From Bacteroidota bacterium (GTDB lineage: Bacteria > Bacteroidota > Bacteroidia > Bacteroidales > VadinHA17), in assembly GCA_037143835.1 (NCBI GenBank), contig JBAWXY010000001.1, positions 1 to 50,551 of the forward strand: a stretch of DNA of 50,551 bases, read 5' to 3'. The translations under genes and the position numbers were made by a program. Positions 39,094 to 47,924 of this stretch are shown here, piece after piece (the stretch's first letter is position 1; every line of letters begins with the position of its first letter). Below the pieces are notes generated by a model. That model made no database searches and had not been told where the DNA came from. It worked only from the letters and a program-made list of their open reading frames with translations.

Positions 39094-39642
39094 TTAATTC
39101 TCTTTTTCTACCTGCATAAAACTAAGCTCAAGAGGGGTTTTTCTGCCAAATATTTTAACCATCACTTTAAGCTTTTTCTTTTCATCATTCACCTCTTCAA
39201 TTGTTCCTGTAAAGCTGTTGAACGGACCATCGATCACTTTTACAGACTCGCCGACAAAGAAAGGAACATTTAATTCCTCATCGCTTGCATTCAATTCATC
39301 AACTTTTCCGAGAATACGGTTTATCTCCGGTTTTCTGAGCGGTACAGGTTCACCATCCTTAGAACCCAGAAATCCGATTACGTTTGGTACATTCCTCAAT
39401 AAATGTGGTATCTCACCAACAAGAACAGCTTCTACAAGAATATATCCCGGAAAGAATGTTCTCTCCTTGCTGATTTTCTTTCCTGCCCTTATCTGATAAA
39501 CCTTTTCGGTTGGGATAAGAACCTGTGAGACATAATCCTCGAGCTTAAGACGTGCTACTTCGCTATCGATATACTCTTTAACCTTCTTTTCCTTCCCGCC
39601 GATAGCCCGAAGCACATACCACTTCTTAATATTCTCACTCAT
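39094..39642 (-). CDS. nusG: Transcription termination/antitermination factor NusG
   Basis: Track ORF 39094..39732 overlaps secE. The ATG at 39642 ([21 protein letters not shown]) is a canonical NusG start. A KOW motif is at the C-terminus. Confidence 0.95.
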   Translation of the reverse strand: MSENIKKWYVLRAIGGKEKKVKEYIDSEVARLKLEDYVSQVLIPTEKVYQIRAGKKISKERTFFPGYILVEAVLVGEIPHLLRNVPNVIGFLGSKDGEPVPLRKPEINRILGKVDELNASDEELNVPFFVGESVKVIDGPFNSFTGTIEEVNDEKKKLKVMVKIFGRKTPLELSFMQVEKEN

Positions 39643-39658
39643 TGGAATCTTCTCCTGT

Positions 39659-39850
39659 TTAATATAACAAACTGTAAATGAATTCCATTGCCCTGCTAAA
39701 GATAAAATCCATTGCAGCAACGAGAAGAGCAATTATCAGTGTAGCCACCATAACTAAAACAGCGCTGTTCTGAAGTTCGCTCCATGTCGGCCAGGTTACC
39801 TTGTGCACGAGTTCTGTGAATGATTCCTGAAAATATCCTTTTATATTCAT
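39659..39850 (-). CDS. secE: Preprotein translocase subunit SecE
   Basis: 63 aa with a single TM segment. [11 protein letters not shown] motif. Positioned between tRNA-Trp and nusG. Confidence 0.9.
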   Translation of the reverse strand: MNIKGYFQESFTELVHKVTWPTWSELQNSAVLVMVATLIIALLVAAMDFIFSRAMEFIYSLLY

Positions 39851-39866
39851 ATTACTAATAATTTTG

Positions 39867-39939
39867 CACGGGAGGAGAGACTCGAACTCCCGACACCTGG
39901 TTTTGGAGACCAGTGCTCTACCAACTGAGCTACACCCGT
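39867..39939 (-). tRNA. tRNA-Trp (anticodon CCA)
   Basis: Minus-strand read ACGGGTG TA GCTCAGTTGGTAGAGC A CTGGT CTCCAAA ACCAG ... GGGAG TTCGAGT CTCTC CTCCCGT G. Cloverleaf folded by hand, with one U-U mismatch at 6-67. The tuf - tRNA-Trp - secE position is conserved. Confidence 0.9.
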
Positions 39940-39946
39940 ATTAACG

Positions 39947-39974
39947 GTAGCATCACAAAATCTTGTGATGCTAC
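39947..39974 (-). other. 12-bp perfect hairpin between tuf and tRNA-Trp (processing or partial-termination structure)
   Basis: gtagcatcacaa (39947-39958), loop aatc, ttgtgatgctac (39963-39974). No T-run follows on the transcribed strand. Confidence 0.6.
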
Positions 39975-39993
39975 TACTGTATATCCAAAACTC

Positions 39994-41181
39994 TTATTCA
40001 AGTATCTCAGTTACCTGTCCGGCACCTACTGTTCTGCCACCTTCACGGATAGCGAAACGTAAACCAACATTAATAGCAACAGGATAGATAAGGTCAACTG
40101 TGATTGTAACGTTATCACCCGGCATTACCATTTCTGTTCCTTCCGGAAGAGTGATCTCACCAGTAATATCAAGTGTTCTTACGTAGAACTGAGGACGGTA
40201 TCTATTATGAAATGGAGTGTGACGTCCGCCTTCTTCTTTCTTAAGAACATAAACCTCAGCTTTAATTTTTGTATGAGGGGTAATTGAACCTGGTTTAGCA
40301 AGAACCATACCTCTTTTGATCTCTTTCTTATCAACACCGCGAAGCAGAAGGCCAACGTTATCACCAGATTCTCCTCTGTCAAGTATCTTACGGAACATCT
40401 CAACCCCGGTACATATTGATTTACGTTTAGTTGCACCAAGTCCGATCAGTTCAAGTTCATCGCCTGTGTTAACCACACCAGTTTCGATACGACCTGTTGC
40501 AACAGTACCACGACCTGTTATTGAAAAGACATCTTCAACAGGCATAAGAAATGGTTTCTCATTTTCGCGTGGAGGGATCGGGATGTATGAATCAACTGCA
40601 TTCATCAGATCCATCACTTTTTCTTCCCACTTCGGTTCGCCGTGCATTGCACCCAGTGCAGAACCACGGATAACCGGAGCATTGTCTCCATCAAACTTAT
40701 AAAAGTTAAGAAGTTCGCGAACCTCCATCTCAACAAGTTCGAGAAGTTCTTCATCGTCAACCAAATCTACTTTATTCATAAACACGAGCACCGTAGGTAC
40801 GTTTACCTGATGTGCAAGCAGAATATGTTCACGTGTCTGAGGCATAGGGCCGTCATCAGCAGCAACTACCAGAATCGCACCGTCCATCTGTGCGGCACCT
40901 GTAACCATATTCTTGATATAGTCAGCGTGTCCAGGACAGTCAACATGTGCATAGTGACGTGTAGCTGTCGAATATTCAACGTGAGCAGTATTAATGGTAA
41001 TACCCCTTTCTTTTTCTTCGGGAGCATTATCAATTGAGTCAAAATCCCTGATTTCAGAGAGACCCTTTTTGGCAAGGACCATAGTGATCGCTGCCGTCAA
41101 GGTGGTCTTGCCATGGTCGACGTGACCAATTGTACCAATATTAACGTGCGGTTTCGACCTATCAAATTTTTCTTTTGCCAT
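39994..41181 (-). CDS. tuf: Elongation factor Tu
   Basis: 395 aa. [18 protein letters not shown] and NKVD GTPase motifs. Confidence 0.99.
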   Translation of the reverse strand: MAKEKFDRSKPHVNIGTIGHVDHGKTTLTAAITMVLAKKGLSEIRDFDSIDNAPEEKERGITINTAHVEYSTATRHYAHVDCPGHADYIKNMVTGAAQMDGAILVVAADDGPMPQTREHILLAHQVNVPTVLVFMNKVDLVDDEELLELVEMEVRELLNFYKFDGDNAPVIRGSALGAMHGEPKWEEKVMDLMNAVDSYIPIPPRENEKPFLMPVEDVFSITGRGTVATGRIETGVVNTGDELELIGLGATKRKSICTGVEMFRKILDRGESGDNVGLLLRGVDKKEIKRGMVLAKPGSITPHTKIKAEVYVLKKEEGGRHTPFHNRYRPQFYVRTLDITGEITLPEGTEMVMPGDNVTITVDLIYPVAINVGLRFAIREGGRTVGAGQVTEILE

Positions 41182-41241
41182 AACTCCAAGCGTATTAAAT
41201 TAAGTTTATCTATAATCAATTATGAATCAAGTTTCCTGTTG

Positions 41242-41313
41242 AGCCGGAGGGGGGAATTGAACCCCCGACCCCTTCCTTACCAAGGAAGTGCTCTACCCCT
41301 GAGCTACTCTGGC
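41242..41313 (-). tRNA. tRNA-Thr (anticodon GGU)
   Basis: Minus-strand read GCCAGAG TA GCTCAGGGGTAGAGC A CTTCC TTGGTAA GGAAG GGGTC GGGGG TTCAATT CCCCC CTCCGGC T. One A-C mismatch at 4-69 in my hand fold. Confidence 0.85.
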
Positions 41314-41324
41314 CTCAAAAAGTG

Positions 41325-41397
41325 AGCGGGAGACGGAACTCGAATCCGCGACCCTCAGCTTGGAAGGCTGATGCTCTACCAACTGAGCTACTCCCGC
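41325..41397 (-). tRNA. tRNA-Gly (anticodon UCC)
   Basis: GCGGGAG TA GCTCAGTTGGTAGAGC A TCAGC CTTCCAA GCTGA ... GCGGA TTCGAGT TCCGT CTCCCGC T. The acceptor stem pairs perfectly. Confidence 0.92.
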
Positions 41398-41469
41398 TTA
41401 ATATCGTCCAAAGAGACCCACATCCTCTTCCTTTAATCATTTGAGTATACGGTCTGTTTCCGTTTTAAG

Positions 41470-41552
41470 TGGGGAGAGCAGGATTCGAACCTACGAAGGC
41501 ATTCGCCAGCAGATTTACAGTCTGCCCCAGTTGGCCGCTTTGGTATCTCCCC
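41470..41552 (-). tRNA. tRNA-Tyr (anticodon GUA), long variable arm
   Basis: GGGGAGA ... GCAGA CTGTAAA TCTGC, variable arm GGC-GAAT-GCC, T arm GTAGG TTCGAAT CCTGC, then acceptor 3' strand TCTCCCC and discriminator A. Confidence 0.9.
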
Positions 41553-41601
41553 CTTCAAACAGAGCCTTACTCCTAAGACACACATTTACAAATCTTTCAA
41601 G

Positions 41602-41675
41602 AGCCGATGAAGGGATTCGAACCCCCGACCTGCAGATTACAAATCAGCTGCTCTGACCAACTGAGCTACATCGGC
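41602..41675 (-). tRNA. tRNA-Thr (anticodon UGU)
   Basis: GCCGATG TA GCTCAGTTGGTCAGAGC A GCTGA TTTGTAA TCTGC ... GGGGG TTCGAAT CCCTT CATCGGC T. One U-U mismatch at 29-41. Confidence 0.88.
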
Positions 41676-41726
41676 AATTTAAAGAACGCCCCGCAAGAGC
41701 ATAATACACCCTCAAAAAACGGTTTG

Positions 41727-41758
41727 CAAATGTATGAATTTAAATTTTATTTATCAAA
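41727..41758 (-). promoter_or_regulatory. Bacteroidetes-type promoter for the tRNA-tuf operon (TTTG-N20-TAcaTTTG)
   Basis: On the minus strand, TTTG (41758-41755), a 20-nt spacer, then TACATTTG (41734-41727), which matches TAnnTTTG exactly. It is about 50 nt upstream of the tRNA-Thr(UGU) 5' end. Confidence 0.65.
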
Positions 41759-41789
41759 ATAATTCAGCATATTTTTGTAAATAGATTTT

Positions 41790-42089
41790 CTATACTCCTC
41801 TCTTCTTCTGTTTATGCTTGGCAATCTGCTTTTTAAGTGCATCTATCGCTTCATCGGTTGCTTCTTCAAATGTTTTACTCTGCTTCTTTGCAAATAAAGG
41901 TCCACCCGGTAACTCCAGCTTAATTTCGCTAATTTTGTTCTCCCGTTCCTGATCTTTGTCAAGCCTCAGATAAACCTCGGCATTAACAATATCTTCATCA
42001 AACTGGGTCAGTTTTTCCAGTTTCTGATGAACAAAGTCGATTAGCTTTTTGTCGGCATCAAACCGCACTGAATGAATCTGAATGTTCAT
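41790..42089 (-). CDS. hpf: Ribosome hibernation promoting factor / RaiA family (short form)
   Basis: 99 aa. MNIQIHSVRFDADKKLIDFV...KLTQF...AEVYL pattern typical of HPF/YfiA. Confidence 0.9.
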   Translation of the reverse strand: MNIQIHSVRFDADKKLIDFVHQKLEKLTQFDEDIVNAEVYLRLDKDQERENKISEIKLELPGGPLFAKKQSKTFEEATDEAIDALKKQIAKHKQKKRGV

Positions 42090-42119
42090 AGTAGTACCTC
42101 CTGATTATTTAATTAATAT

Positions 42120-43019
42120 TTAAGCCCTTGGATGAGCTTGTTTGTATACTTTCTTGAGTTTTTCAAATGTATTGTGTGTATATATCTGTGTTGCAGACAA
42201 ATTTGCATGTCCCAGTAACTCCTTTATTGAATTAAGATCAGCTCCACGGTTAAGCATATGTGTTGCGAAGGTATGCCTTAGAATATGAGGGCTTTTCTTT
42301 TCAATTGTTGTTACCATTGCAAGATACCTATTAACTGTATTATAAACATATTTATCATATAACTTGTTCCCTTTGTCCGTAATAAAAAACCATCCGTCAT
42401 TACCTGTTGTAATAATTTCATCCTTTACCTTAATATACTCTTCTAATCTTTGAATGAATGGTTTTACCAGGGGAATAATCCTTTGCTTATTTCTCTTACC
42501 GGTTACTTTTACTGAGCCTTCCGACAGGTCAATATCTACATTCCGTAGTCCAATGAGTTCCGATCTCCTCATCCCAGTCAGATAAAGCATTTCAATTATT
42601 GTCCGGTTCCTGATCCCTGCAAAACCATCTCCGAAACTAAAATTATCAAGCAATTTATTAAGGGCCTCCTCTTCAACAAAAACCGGCAGGGTTTTTTTTC
42701 GTTTTGGTAAAACAACCTTTTCAAGAGGATCGCTCTTAACTATCCCCTCTTTTCTTAAATACCGGAAAAATACCCTGAGACATGATATCTTCCTGTGAAC
42801 ACTCACAGTTGCATAGTTATTATCAAGCATACTGACAATCCAGGCTCTGATATCATGCGATGTAACTGCTGCCGGGTCATCCGGAAGACCTTGCGATAAT
42901 AAAAAGGAATAAAACTGATCCAGATCATTTAAATAAGACCGGACAGTATGCGGTGAATACCGCTTTTCGATTTGCAGATATTGTAAAAACGATTCCTTAT
43001 GGCTCATGAAGGAACCCAT
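42120..43019 (-). CDS. Tyrosine recombinase XerC/XerD family (chromosomal, conserved context)
   Basis: Catalytic motifs GMRRSEL and HILRHTFATHML, then LGHANLSATQIYTH. 299 aa. An alternative ATG at 43007 is possible. Confidence 0.85.
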   Translation of the reverse strand: MGSFMSHKESFLQYLQIEKRYSPHTVRSYLNDLDQFYSFLLSQGLPDDPAAVTSHDIRAWIVSMLDNNYATVSVHRKISCLRVFFRYLRKEGIVKSDPLEKVVLPKRKKTLPVFVEEEALNKLLDNFSFGDGFAGIRNRTIIEMLYLTGMRRSELIGLRNVDIDLSEGSVKVTGKRNKQRIIPLVKPFIQRLEEYIKVKDEIITTGNDGWFFITDKGNKLYDKYVYNTVNRYLAMVTTIEKKSPHILRHTFATHMLNRGADLNSIKELLGHANLSATQIYTHNTFEKLKKVYKQAHPRA

Positions 43020-43058
43020 TTATCTGTTATGTTTAAAAATGAGATACCCCCAAGCGAA

Positions 43059-43250
43059 TCATTCTTCGCTTTCCTGCATCTTCTGAACGTACATAGCCTT
43101 CTTGATTTCTTCCCTCCGGCGTACTGAAGGCTTAATAAAAGCCTGACGTGAACGTAATTCACGAATCACTCCTGTCTTTTCAAACTTTCTTTTGAACTTC
43201 TTTAAAGCTCTTTCAATGTTTTCGCCTTCTTTTAATGGTACAATGATCAT
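43059..43250 (-). CDS. rpsU: 30S ribosomal protein S21
   Basis: Track ORF extends to 43271. The ATG at 43250 (MIIVPLKEGENIERALKKFKRKFEKTGV...) is the canonical S21 start. Confidence 0.95.
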   Translation of the reverse strand: MIIVPLKEGENIERALKKFKRKFEKTGVIRELRSRQAFIKPSVRRREEIKKAMYVQKMQESEE

Positions 43251-43279
43251 AATTAAAAATTCAGTTTTCAAACGAGGCG

Positions 43280-43310
43280 CAAAGTTAGAAATAGAAAAAG
43301 TCTTTTCAAA
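43280..43310 (-). promoter_or_regulatory. Bacteroidetes-type promoter for rpsU (TTTG-N19-TAacTTTG)
   Basis: On the minus strand, TTTG (43310-43307), a 19-nt spacer, then TAACTTTG (43287-43280). It ends 30 nt upstream of the rpsU ATG. Confidence 0.65.
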
Positions 43311-43503
43311 ACATTTATGGGAATAAATTATCCATATCGCCTTTTTTTTTTGATATTGAAATAATTAAAAATTACCGCTTCCTCTCGATTTTGTATTTAC
43401 TAAAATTACGACTTTCCCTGCCGGTTTCCAAATAAATCGGACAGAATCAGAAACCATAAATTATAAATGCGAGCTGACTGCAGGATGAATTCCCTGACTT
43501 TTT

Positions 43504-43609
43504 ACCTCACCCTAAATCCCTCTCCCAGGGGAGAGAGACTTATCTAATTAATATACTGCAGATTACCCCCTTTTATCTTGGGAGAAGAGGGTATGGGGGA
43601 TGAGGTGAA
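43504..43609. repeat. Inverted pair of GC-rich repeat units (REP/MITE-like block)
   Basis: Forward unit acctcaccctaaatccctctcccaggggagagag (43504-43537, internal palindrome ctctccc/gggagag). The inverted unit, read on the minus strand from 43609, is ttcacctcatcccccataccctcttctcccaag... The termini acctca / tgaggt can pair. Confidence 0.6.
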
Positions 43610-43664
43610 TTCAAAGGGGGAAATACATAGTGGATATTTACAATCATGGTCAATAAAAACACTA

Positions 43665-44519
43665 TTATTCGAACCTTAGATAGGGTTCTACTTTAGCAGC
43701 CTTCTCCTCTGTTATCAGCTTGTTTTTAATAAGATCTGTTATTCCTGTTATCCTTCCCATCAACTCCCTGTACTTAAGAATAGCTGTCACTTCATATTTT
43801 TCAAAATATAGAAGTCGGGCAAGTTCTTTATAATCAGCTGAATTAACATTGATCCTGGTAATAGCTAATGTATCAGCAAAAATACTGCCTTTGATAAGAT
43901 TATAGGTCTCTTCCGGTAAGCCATAAACCTCTTTAAGTTGCTCTATCCTTGCAAAGCCACCAAGTAAATTCCTGTACTTTATGATCCTCACTGATAAAAC
44001 CGGACCAATTCCCGGAAGTCTGACAAGTGAAGCAGAGTCGCAATTGTTAATATCAATCAGGGCTTTTTGTTGCTTCCGGTAAATGACTCTGACCTTTTGC
44101 GTTGTGTCAGTTTTAACTTCAACAAAAGGAATAAGTTTTTCAGCCTTTCCTTCTTCAATTCCATAAATTTTTTTAATGTCCGCAGGTTGTCTGAATTTTC
44201 CTCCTTTGTTCCTGTATTTAATTATTGTATTGGCTTCTTTTGCAGCAAACCCAAGTTTAATCAGGGTATCATAAGATGCTGTATTAGGATCAAATGAGAA
44301 AGGTTGTCCCGTTGATGATATTTCCCCACTATGAAATCCTGATGGACTTCCTATGGCTGAAAAACTAGTAGAAAAATCCTTAATGACTATATTTCTTTCG
44401 GGAACAAAATACCTTAGGGCAAGTATCAATATAATGATAAGAAGCAATATAAAAGCGGATCTTCTTTCCCTTCGCGTAAAGCCAAACCAGTTCTTAATTG
44501 GTTCCCTGTTTAACTTCAT
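43665..44519 (-). CDS. Helix-hairpin-helix repeat protein (ComEA-like DNA-binding, membrane-anchored)
   Basis: N-terminal TM segment (AFILLLIIILILAL) and three repeats of the LxxLPGIGxxxAxxIxxYR type (IKLGFAAKEANTIIKYRN, LVRLPGIGPVLSVRIIKYRN, LARLLYFEKYEVTAILKYRE). Confidence 0.75.
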   Translation of the reverse strand: MKLNREPIKNWFGFTRRERRSAFILLLIIILILALRYFVPERNIVIKDFSTSFSAIGSPSGFHSGEISSTGQPFSFDPNTASYDTLIKLGFAAKEANTIIKYRNKGGKFRQPADIKKIYGIEEGKAEKLIPFVEVKTDTTQKVRVIYRKQQKALIDINNCDSASLVRLPGIGPVLSVRIIKYRNLLGGFARIEQLKEVYGLPEETYNLIKGSIFADTLAITRINVNSADYKELARLLYFEKYEVTAILKYRELMGRITGITDLIKNKLITEEKAAKVEPYLRFE

Positions 44520-44667
44520 TTTTATAAATATACAGTGAGACTATTTGCAATTTAAATAATTCTATGCAATAAAACAGCAACAACCTGCTGATTTTTAACA
44601 CAAGTACAACTGAATAATGAAAAGTATTTTGAAGTACGCACAAAAAGAAACATTTATTTCTCAGAAA

Positions 44668-47010
44668 TCAGAACGGATATCCAATCCCCAGTACCATTGT
44701 AAAGTCATTTCTTTCGTATGGTTGGCTCATAATTATCCATTTTGACCCATCTGGCAACAAAGGATCCCGCAGTTTCATGCCAACGTCAAGCCTCCCGATA
44801 ACGAACTTGAAGTCGAATCTTAATCCGGCTCCGGTACCTACAGCAATATCTTTATAGAACTTGTTAAAAATGAATTGCGAACCGGGTTGTGCCGGGTCAT
44901 TTTTATAGCTCCATATATTTCCTGCATCAAGGAAAAGTGCCCCTTCGAGGATCCAGAATAATTTAAACCTGTACTCGGCATTTGCTTCTAATTTTATATC
45001 AGCTGTTTGGTTCAGGAACTTAGGTTTGCCGGGATCATATGAACCAGGACCAAGTGATCGTACCTGCCAGGCTCTGATTCCGTTTGCACCGCCACTGAAA
45101 TATTGCTTTTCAAAAGGAATTGCTTTTGAATTGCCATAAGGTATTCCAATACCAAAAAAACCTCGATATACAATTGAACTAACATCATTAAGAATATAAT
45201 TGTATCTGAGATCGAAGTCTGTCCTTACATATTGGGCAAAAGGCAGCCCCAGTATTTTATAGCTGCCGTCAGTTTTTTTTGCTCCTGTAAGTTTGCCAGC
45301 CATTTCAAGCATATTCCCTGCTGCTTCAGCATTTATTCTGAGAAACCAGTAATCTTTCGATTTTTTAATTTTCTGGTTATTAAATATAAAAGAATAATTT
45401 CCGCCAAGGATCATAACATCCTTATAACTATTAAACTGAGAGGATAATTCAATTCTGGCTGCAAAAGCTGAATCTATGGATCCTGGGGGAAGTTTTACTA
45501 TGTTAAACTGAAGAGGATTTACTATATGTTCCTGATAGTTACCTGCTTTCCAGTTATAACCAAAGGTCGCAGTAGCTATGGTTCTGGTAAAAGCTGGCAT
45601 AGCCTGATAGCTATAGGCTGCCATCACTGTAGTGGAAGGATTATACTTTTTTTTGAAACCCTCCGTTTTAATAAACGGTAATAAAAACTTTGGAAGTCTC
45701 AGGCTTGTCTCAAATCCATATTCCTGGGTACTTTGTAGTTTGCTGCTGTCCTGTTTATTCGCTTCATAAGCTCCTTTCAGCTTTATGCTGAATAGTTCTG
45801 CACCATGAAAAAGATTTTTGTGCTGGTATATCAGATTCAGTGCTCCACCCATGTTACCGGACGTATTGGTTCCTTCAAGTTCTACCTTATAGGACTGTTG
45901 ACTCAAAAGAGTAAGCTGAATATTGCAATCAAGCATCATTTCCGAACCCTGTGCTATACCATGTTCATTTAAATCGTTGTAGATGATATTAACCAGACGA
46001 TACACTTTCAGGGCTAAAAGATGTGCCTGCGTTTGCTCAGTATTTGTCATATTGAAAACTGATCCGGGCTTCACATAAAGAGACTGGATTATAAGATCAT
46101 ATTTAATTTCAGGCTTTCCTTTTAGTGTAATAAAATAATAACCATTGTAGTTTGTGGTATCGAGACTATTAAAGTATGCTTCACCCCCCTCCAGAGCATC
46201 CTTGGGAACAAAATCGGGATAGATGTAGATATTTTTAACCCGGTAGATCGAATGCGGAACGAGGCTGACTCTGTCAAAAGCATCAAGCTTTGTGAAATTC
46301 TTAACACCATAATAAATATCAACCTGTCTGTTTCCGACTGTACTGTCAACCCTGAAATAAATGTGATCGGCGGAAAATCCATAAAAACCATAGTCCCTGA
46401 TAAAACGCTCAAACCTCAATCGTTCAGCCTGCAGTACATTAACATCGTAAGGCTTTCCTCTTTCGATGACACAGCTCATGGAGTCGAAATAACAAAGTTT
46501 CTGAATATTGCTATCAGAGATCTCATAGTAAAGGTTACGAATAGTGTAAGCCGACAGCAAATCAACATTATAAAAAACCTCCGATTTTCTGTTGGCTGTT
46601 TCTACCGTATCCGTCACCTGCCCGTCAAAATAACCCTTTGATGCAACATATGATTTTATCTGATCTTTCGTCTTGACAGTGGCATTGAGATCAAAAACAA
46701 CTGGCTCCTCCCCTATATCTCTCAACCACTTATTCGGCCACTTCTGTTTATTTATATTCGAAAGGTTATACAAACCCAAGTGAAACCTTGTACCAAAAAT
46801 CCTTTTATTGGGCTTTTGCTTAATGTAAGGAAGCAAGTCGCTTTTCTTAACTCCCTCTTTGTTGATAATAATATGGTTATCATTGAGAAGGGTTTCTCCC
46901 TCAGGAACATATTTTGTTGGATTACAAGATGATATAATTAAAACAATAAAAAGCAGGGGGAGAAAATATCTCAAAGAATATATTTTTCTATTTAACGTAT
47001 TTTTTTTCAA
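44668..47010 (-). CDS. BamA/TamA family outer-membrane protein (surface antigen D15 beta-barrel)
   Basis: Track ORF 44668..47139. It has POTRA-like repeats and a C-terminal barrel ending in the aromatic residue (...LGIGYPF). No ATG lies next to the signal peptide. A TTG at 47010 gives (M)KKNTLNRKIYSLRYFLPLLFIVLIISSC. The ATG at 47139 would add 43 residues and overlap the divergent trmH start. Confidence 0.8.
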   Translation of the reverse strand: MKKNTLNRKIYSLRYFLPLLFIVLIISSCNPTKYVPEGETLLNDNHIIINKEGVKKSDLLPYIKQKPNKRIFGTRFHLGLYNLSNINKQKWPNKWLRDIGEEPVVFDLNATVKTKDQIKSYVASKGYFDGQVTDTVETANRKSEVFYNVDLLSAYTIRNLYYEISDSNIQKLCYFDSMSCVIERGKPYDVNVLQAERLRFERFIRDYGFYGFSADHIYFRVDSTVGNRQVDIYYGVKNFTKLDAFDRVSLVPHSIYRVKNIYIYPDFVPKDALEGGEAYFNSLDTTNYNGYYFITLKGKPEIKYDLIIQSLYVKPGSVFNMTNTEQTQAHLLALKVYRLVNIIYNDLNEHGIAQGSEMMLDCNIQLTLLSQQSYKVELEGTNTSGNMGGALNLIYQHKNLFHGAELFSIKLKGAYEANKQDSSKLQSTQEYGFETSLRLPKFLLPFIKTEGFKKKYNPSTTVMAAYSYQAMPAFTRTIATATFGYNWKAGNYQEHIVNPLQFNIVKLPPGSIDSAFAARIELSSQFNSYKDVMILGGNYSFIFNNQKIKKSKDYWFLRINAEAAGNMLEMAGKLTGAKKTDGSYKILGLPFAQYVRTDFDLRYNYILNDVSSIVYRGFFGIGIPYGNSKAIPFEKQYFSGGANGIRAWQVRSLGPGSYDPGKPKFLNQTADIKLEANAEYRFKLFWILEGALFLDAGNIWSYKNDPAQPGSQFIFNKFYKDIAVGTGAGLRFDFKFVIGRLDVGMKLRDPLLPDGSKWIIMSQPYERNDFTMVLGIGYPF

Positions 47011-47110
47011 AATTTGTAAGCAAGAGTGTTGCACAAATATATCAATAATAATTAGCGTAACTTTGATCCCGCGTGCATAAGTGGCAAAAAAATAGTTAAT
47101 TCTGGCTTCC

Positions 47111-47893
47111 ATGATCAGTAAAAACAAAGCAAAATTCATAATCTCTCTTCATAAAAAAAAGGTAAGAGATGAAGAGCGGCTATTCATTATCGAAGGCGAT
47201 AAACTTGTAAAAGAGTTCCTTGCTGCTAAAATCCCTATAGAAACCTTAATTGCCAAACCGGAATTTCTGAGTGCACTTCCCGCTGATTTGACACGTTTTG
47301 TAAATAAGATTGATGATGTCAGCTATGAGGAACTGAAGCTTATAAGCACATTAAAAACACCACATAACGCTTTGGCAGTTGTCCCTATGCCTGAACGTGA
47401 AATGAATACATCCGAGATACTTAATCAGTTATGTGTTGCCCTCGATTTTGTTCAGGATCCGGGAAATCTTGGTACCATAATCAGAGCTGCTGCCTGGTTT
47501 GGAATTAAAAACATAGTTTGCTCCGAAGATTGTGCAGATGTCTATAACCCTAAAGTAATACAGGCAAGTATGGGTGCAATTTTGCACGTTAATGTCTATT
47601 ATTACGGCCTTAAAAAACTTATTGTTTTGGCAAATGAAAAGAAGATACCTGTATTCGGAACAATGCTTGAGGGAGAATCAATTTACGACCATAAACTTGA
47701 TAATAAAGGCATTATCTTACTTGGAAATGAATCAAAGGGGATTTCTGATGAACTGATCCCTTTTATTACAGAAAAGATAATGATTCCAAAGTTCAGTAAA
47801 GCAAAGCAGGGAATAGATTCCCTGAATGTTGGAATGGCAGCATCAGTTGTTTTTTCCGAGTTTCTTAGAAAATCCGGCAGGTTGCCTGAATAA
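47111..47893 (+). CDS. TrmH/SpoU family RNA 2'-O-methyltransferase
   Basis: 260 aa. QDPGNLGTIIRAA, LLGNESKGIS and LNVGMAASV SPOUT motifs. Confidence 0.85.
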   Translation: MISKNKAKFIISLHKKKVRDEERLFIIEGDKLVKEFLAAKIPIETLIAKPEFLSALPADLTRFVNKIDDVSYEELKLISTLKTPHNALAVVPMPEREMNTSEILNQLCVALDFVQDPGNLGTIIRAAAWFGIKNIVCSEDCADVYNPKVIQASMGAILHVNVYYYGLKKLIVLANEKKIPVFGTMLEGESIYDHKLDNKGIILLGNESKGISDELIPFITEKIMIPKFSKAKQGIDSLNVGMAASVVFSEFLRKSGRLPE

Positions 47894-47924
47894 TAAAATT
47901 ATATTTACACACAAATATTATGCC

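Noticed and set aside
41113-41656. Plus-strand ORFs 41113..41325 and 41441..41656
   Set aside because: They run across four minus-strand tRNA genes and the tuf start. They are artefacts of stop-poor tRNA sequence.
42120-43019. Tyrosine recombinase as a marker of an integrated mobile element
   Set aside because: It sits in the conserved Bacteroidota rpsU - recombinase - hpf - tRNA - tuf arrangement. There are no flanking direct repeats, no cargo genes and no att-like duplication of the adjacent tRNA ends. A housekeeping Xer-type enzyme is more likely.
43487-43612. GAATTC on both sides of the GC-rich block (43487-43492 and 43607-43612), considered as a MITE target-site duplication
   Set aside because: The sequence immediately inside the left GAATTC (cctgacttttt) has no inverted counterpart inside the right one. 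The hexamers therefore do not bracket terminal inverted repeats, and a 6-nt coincidence is plausible.
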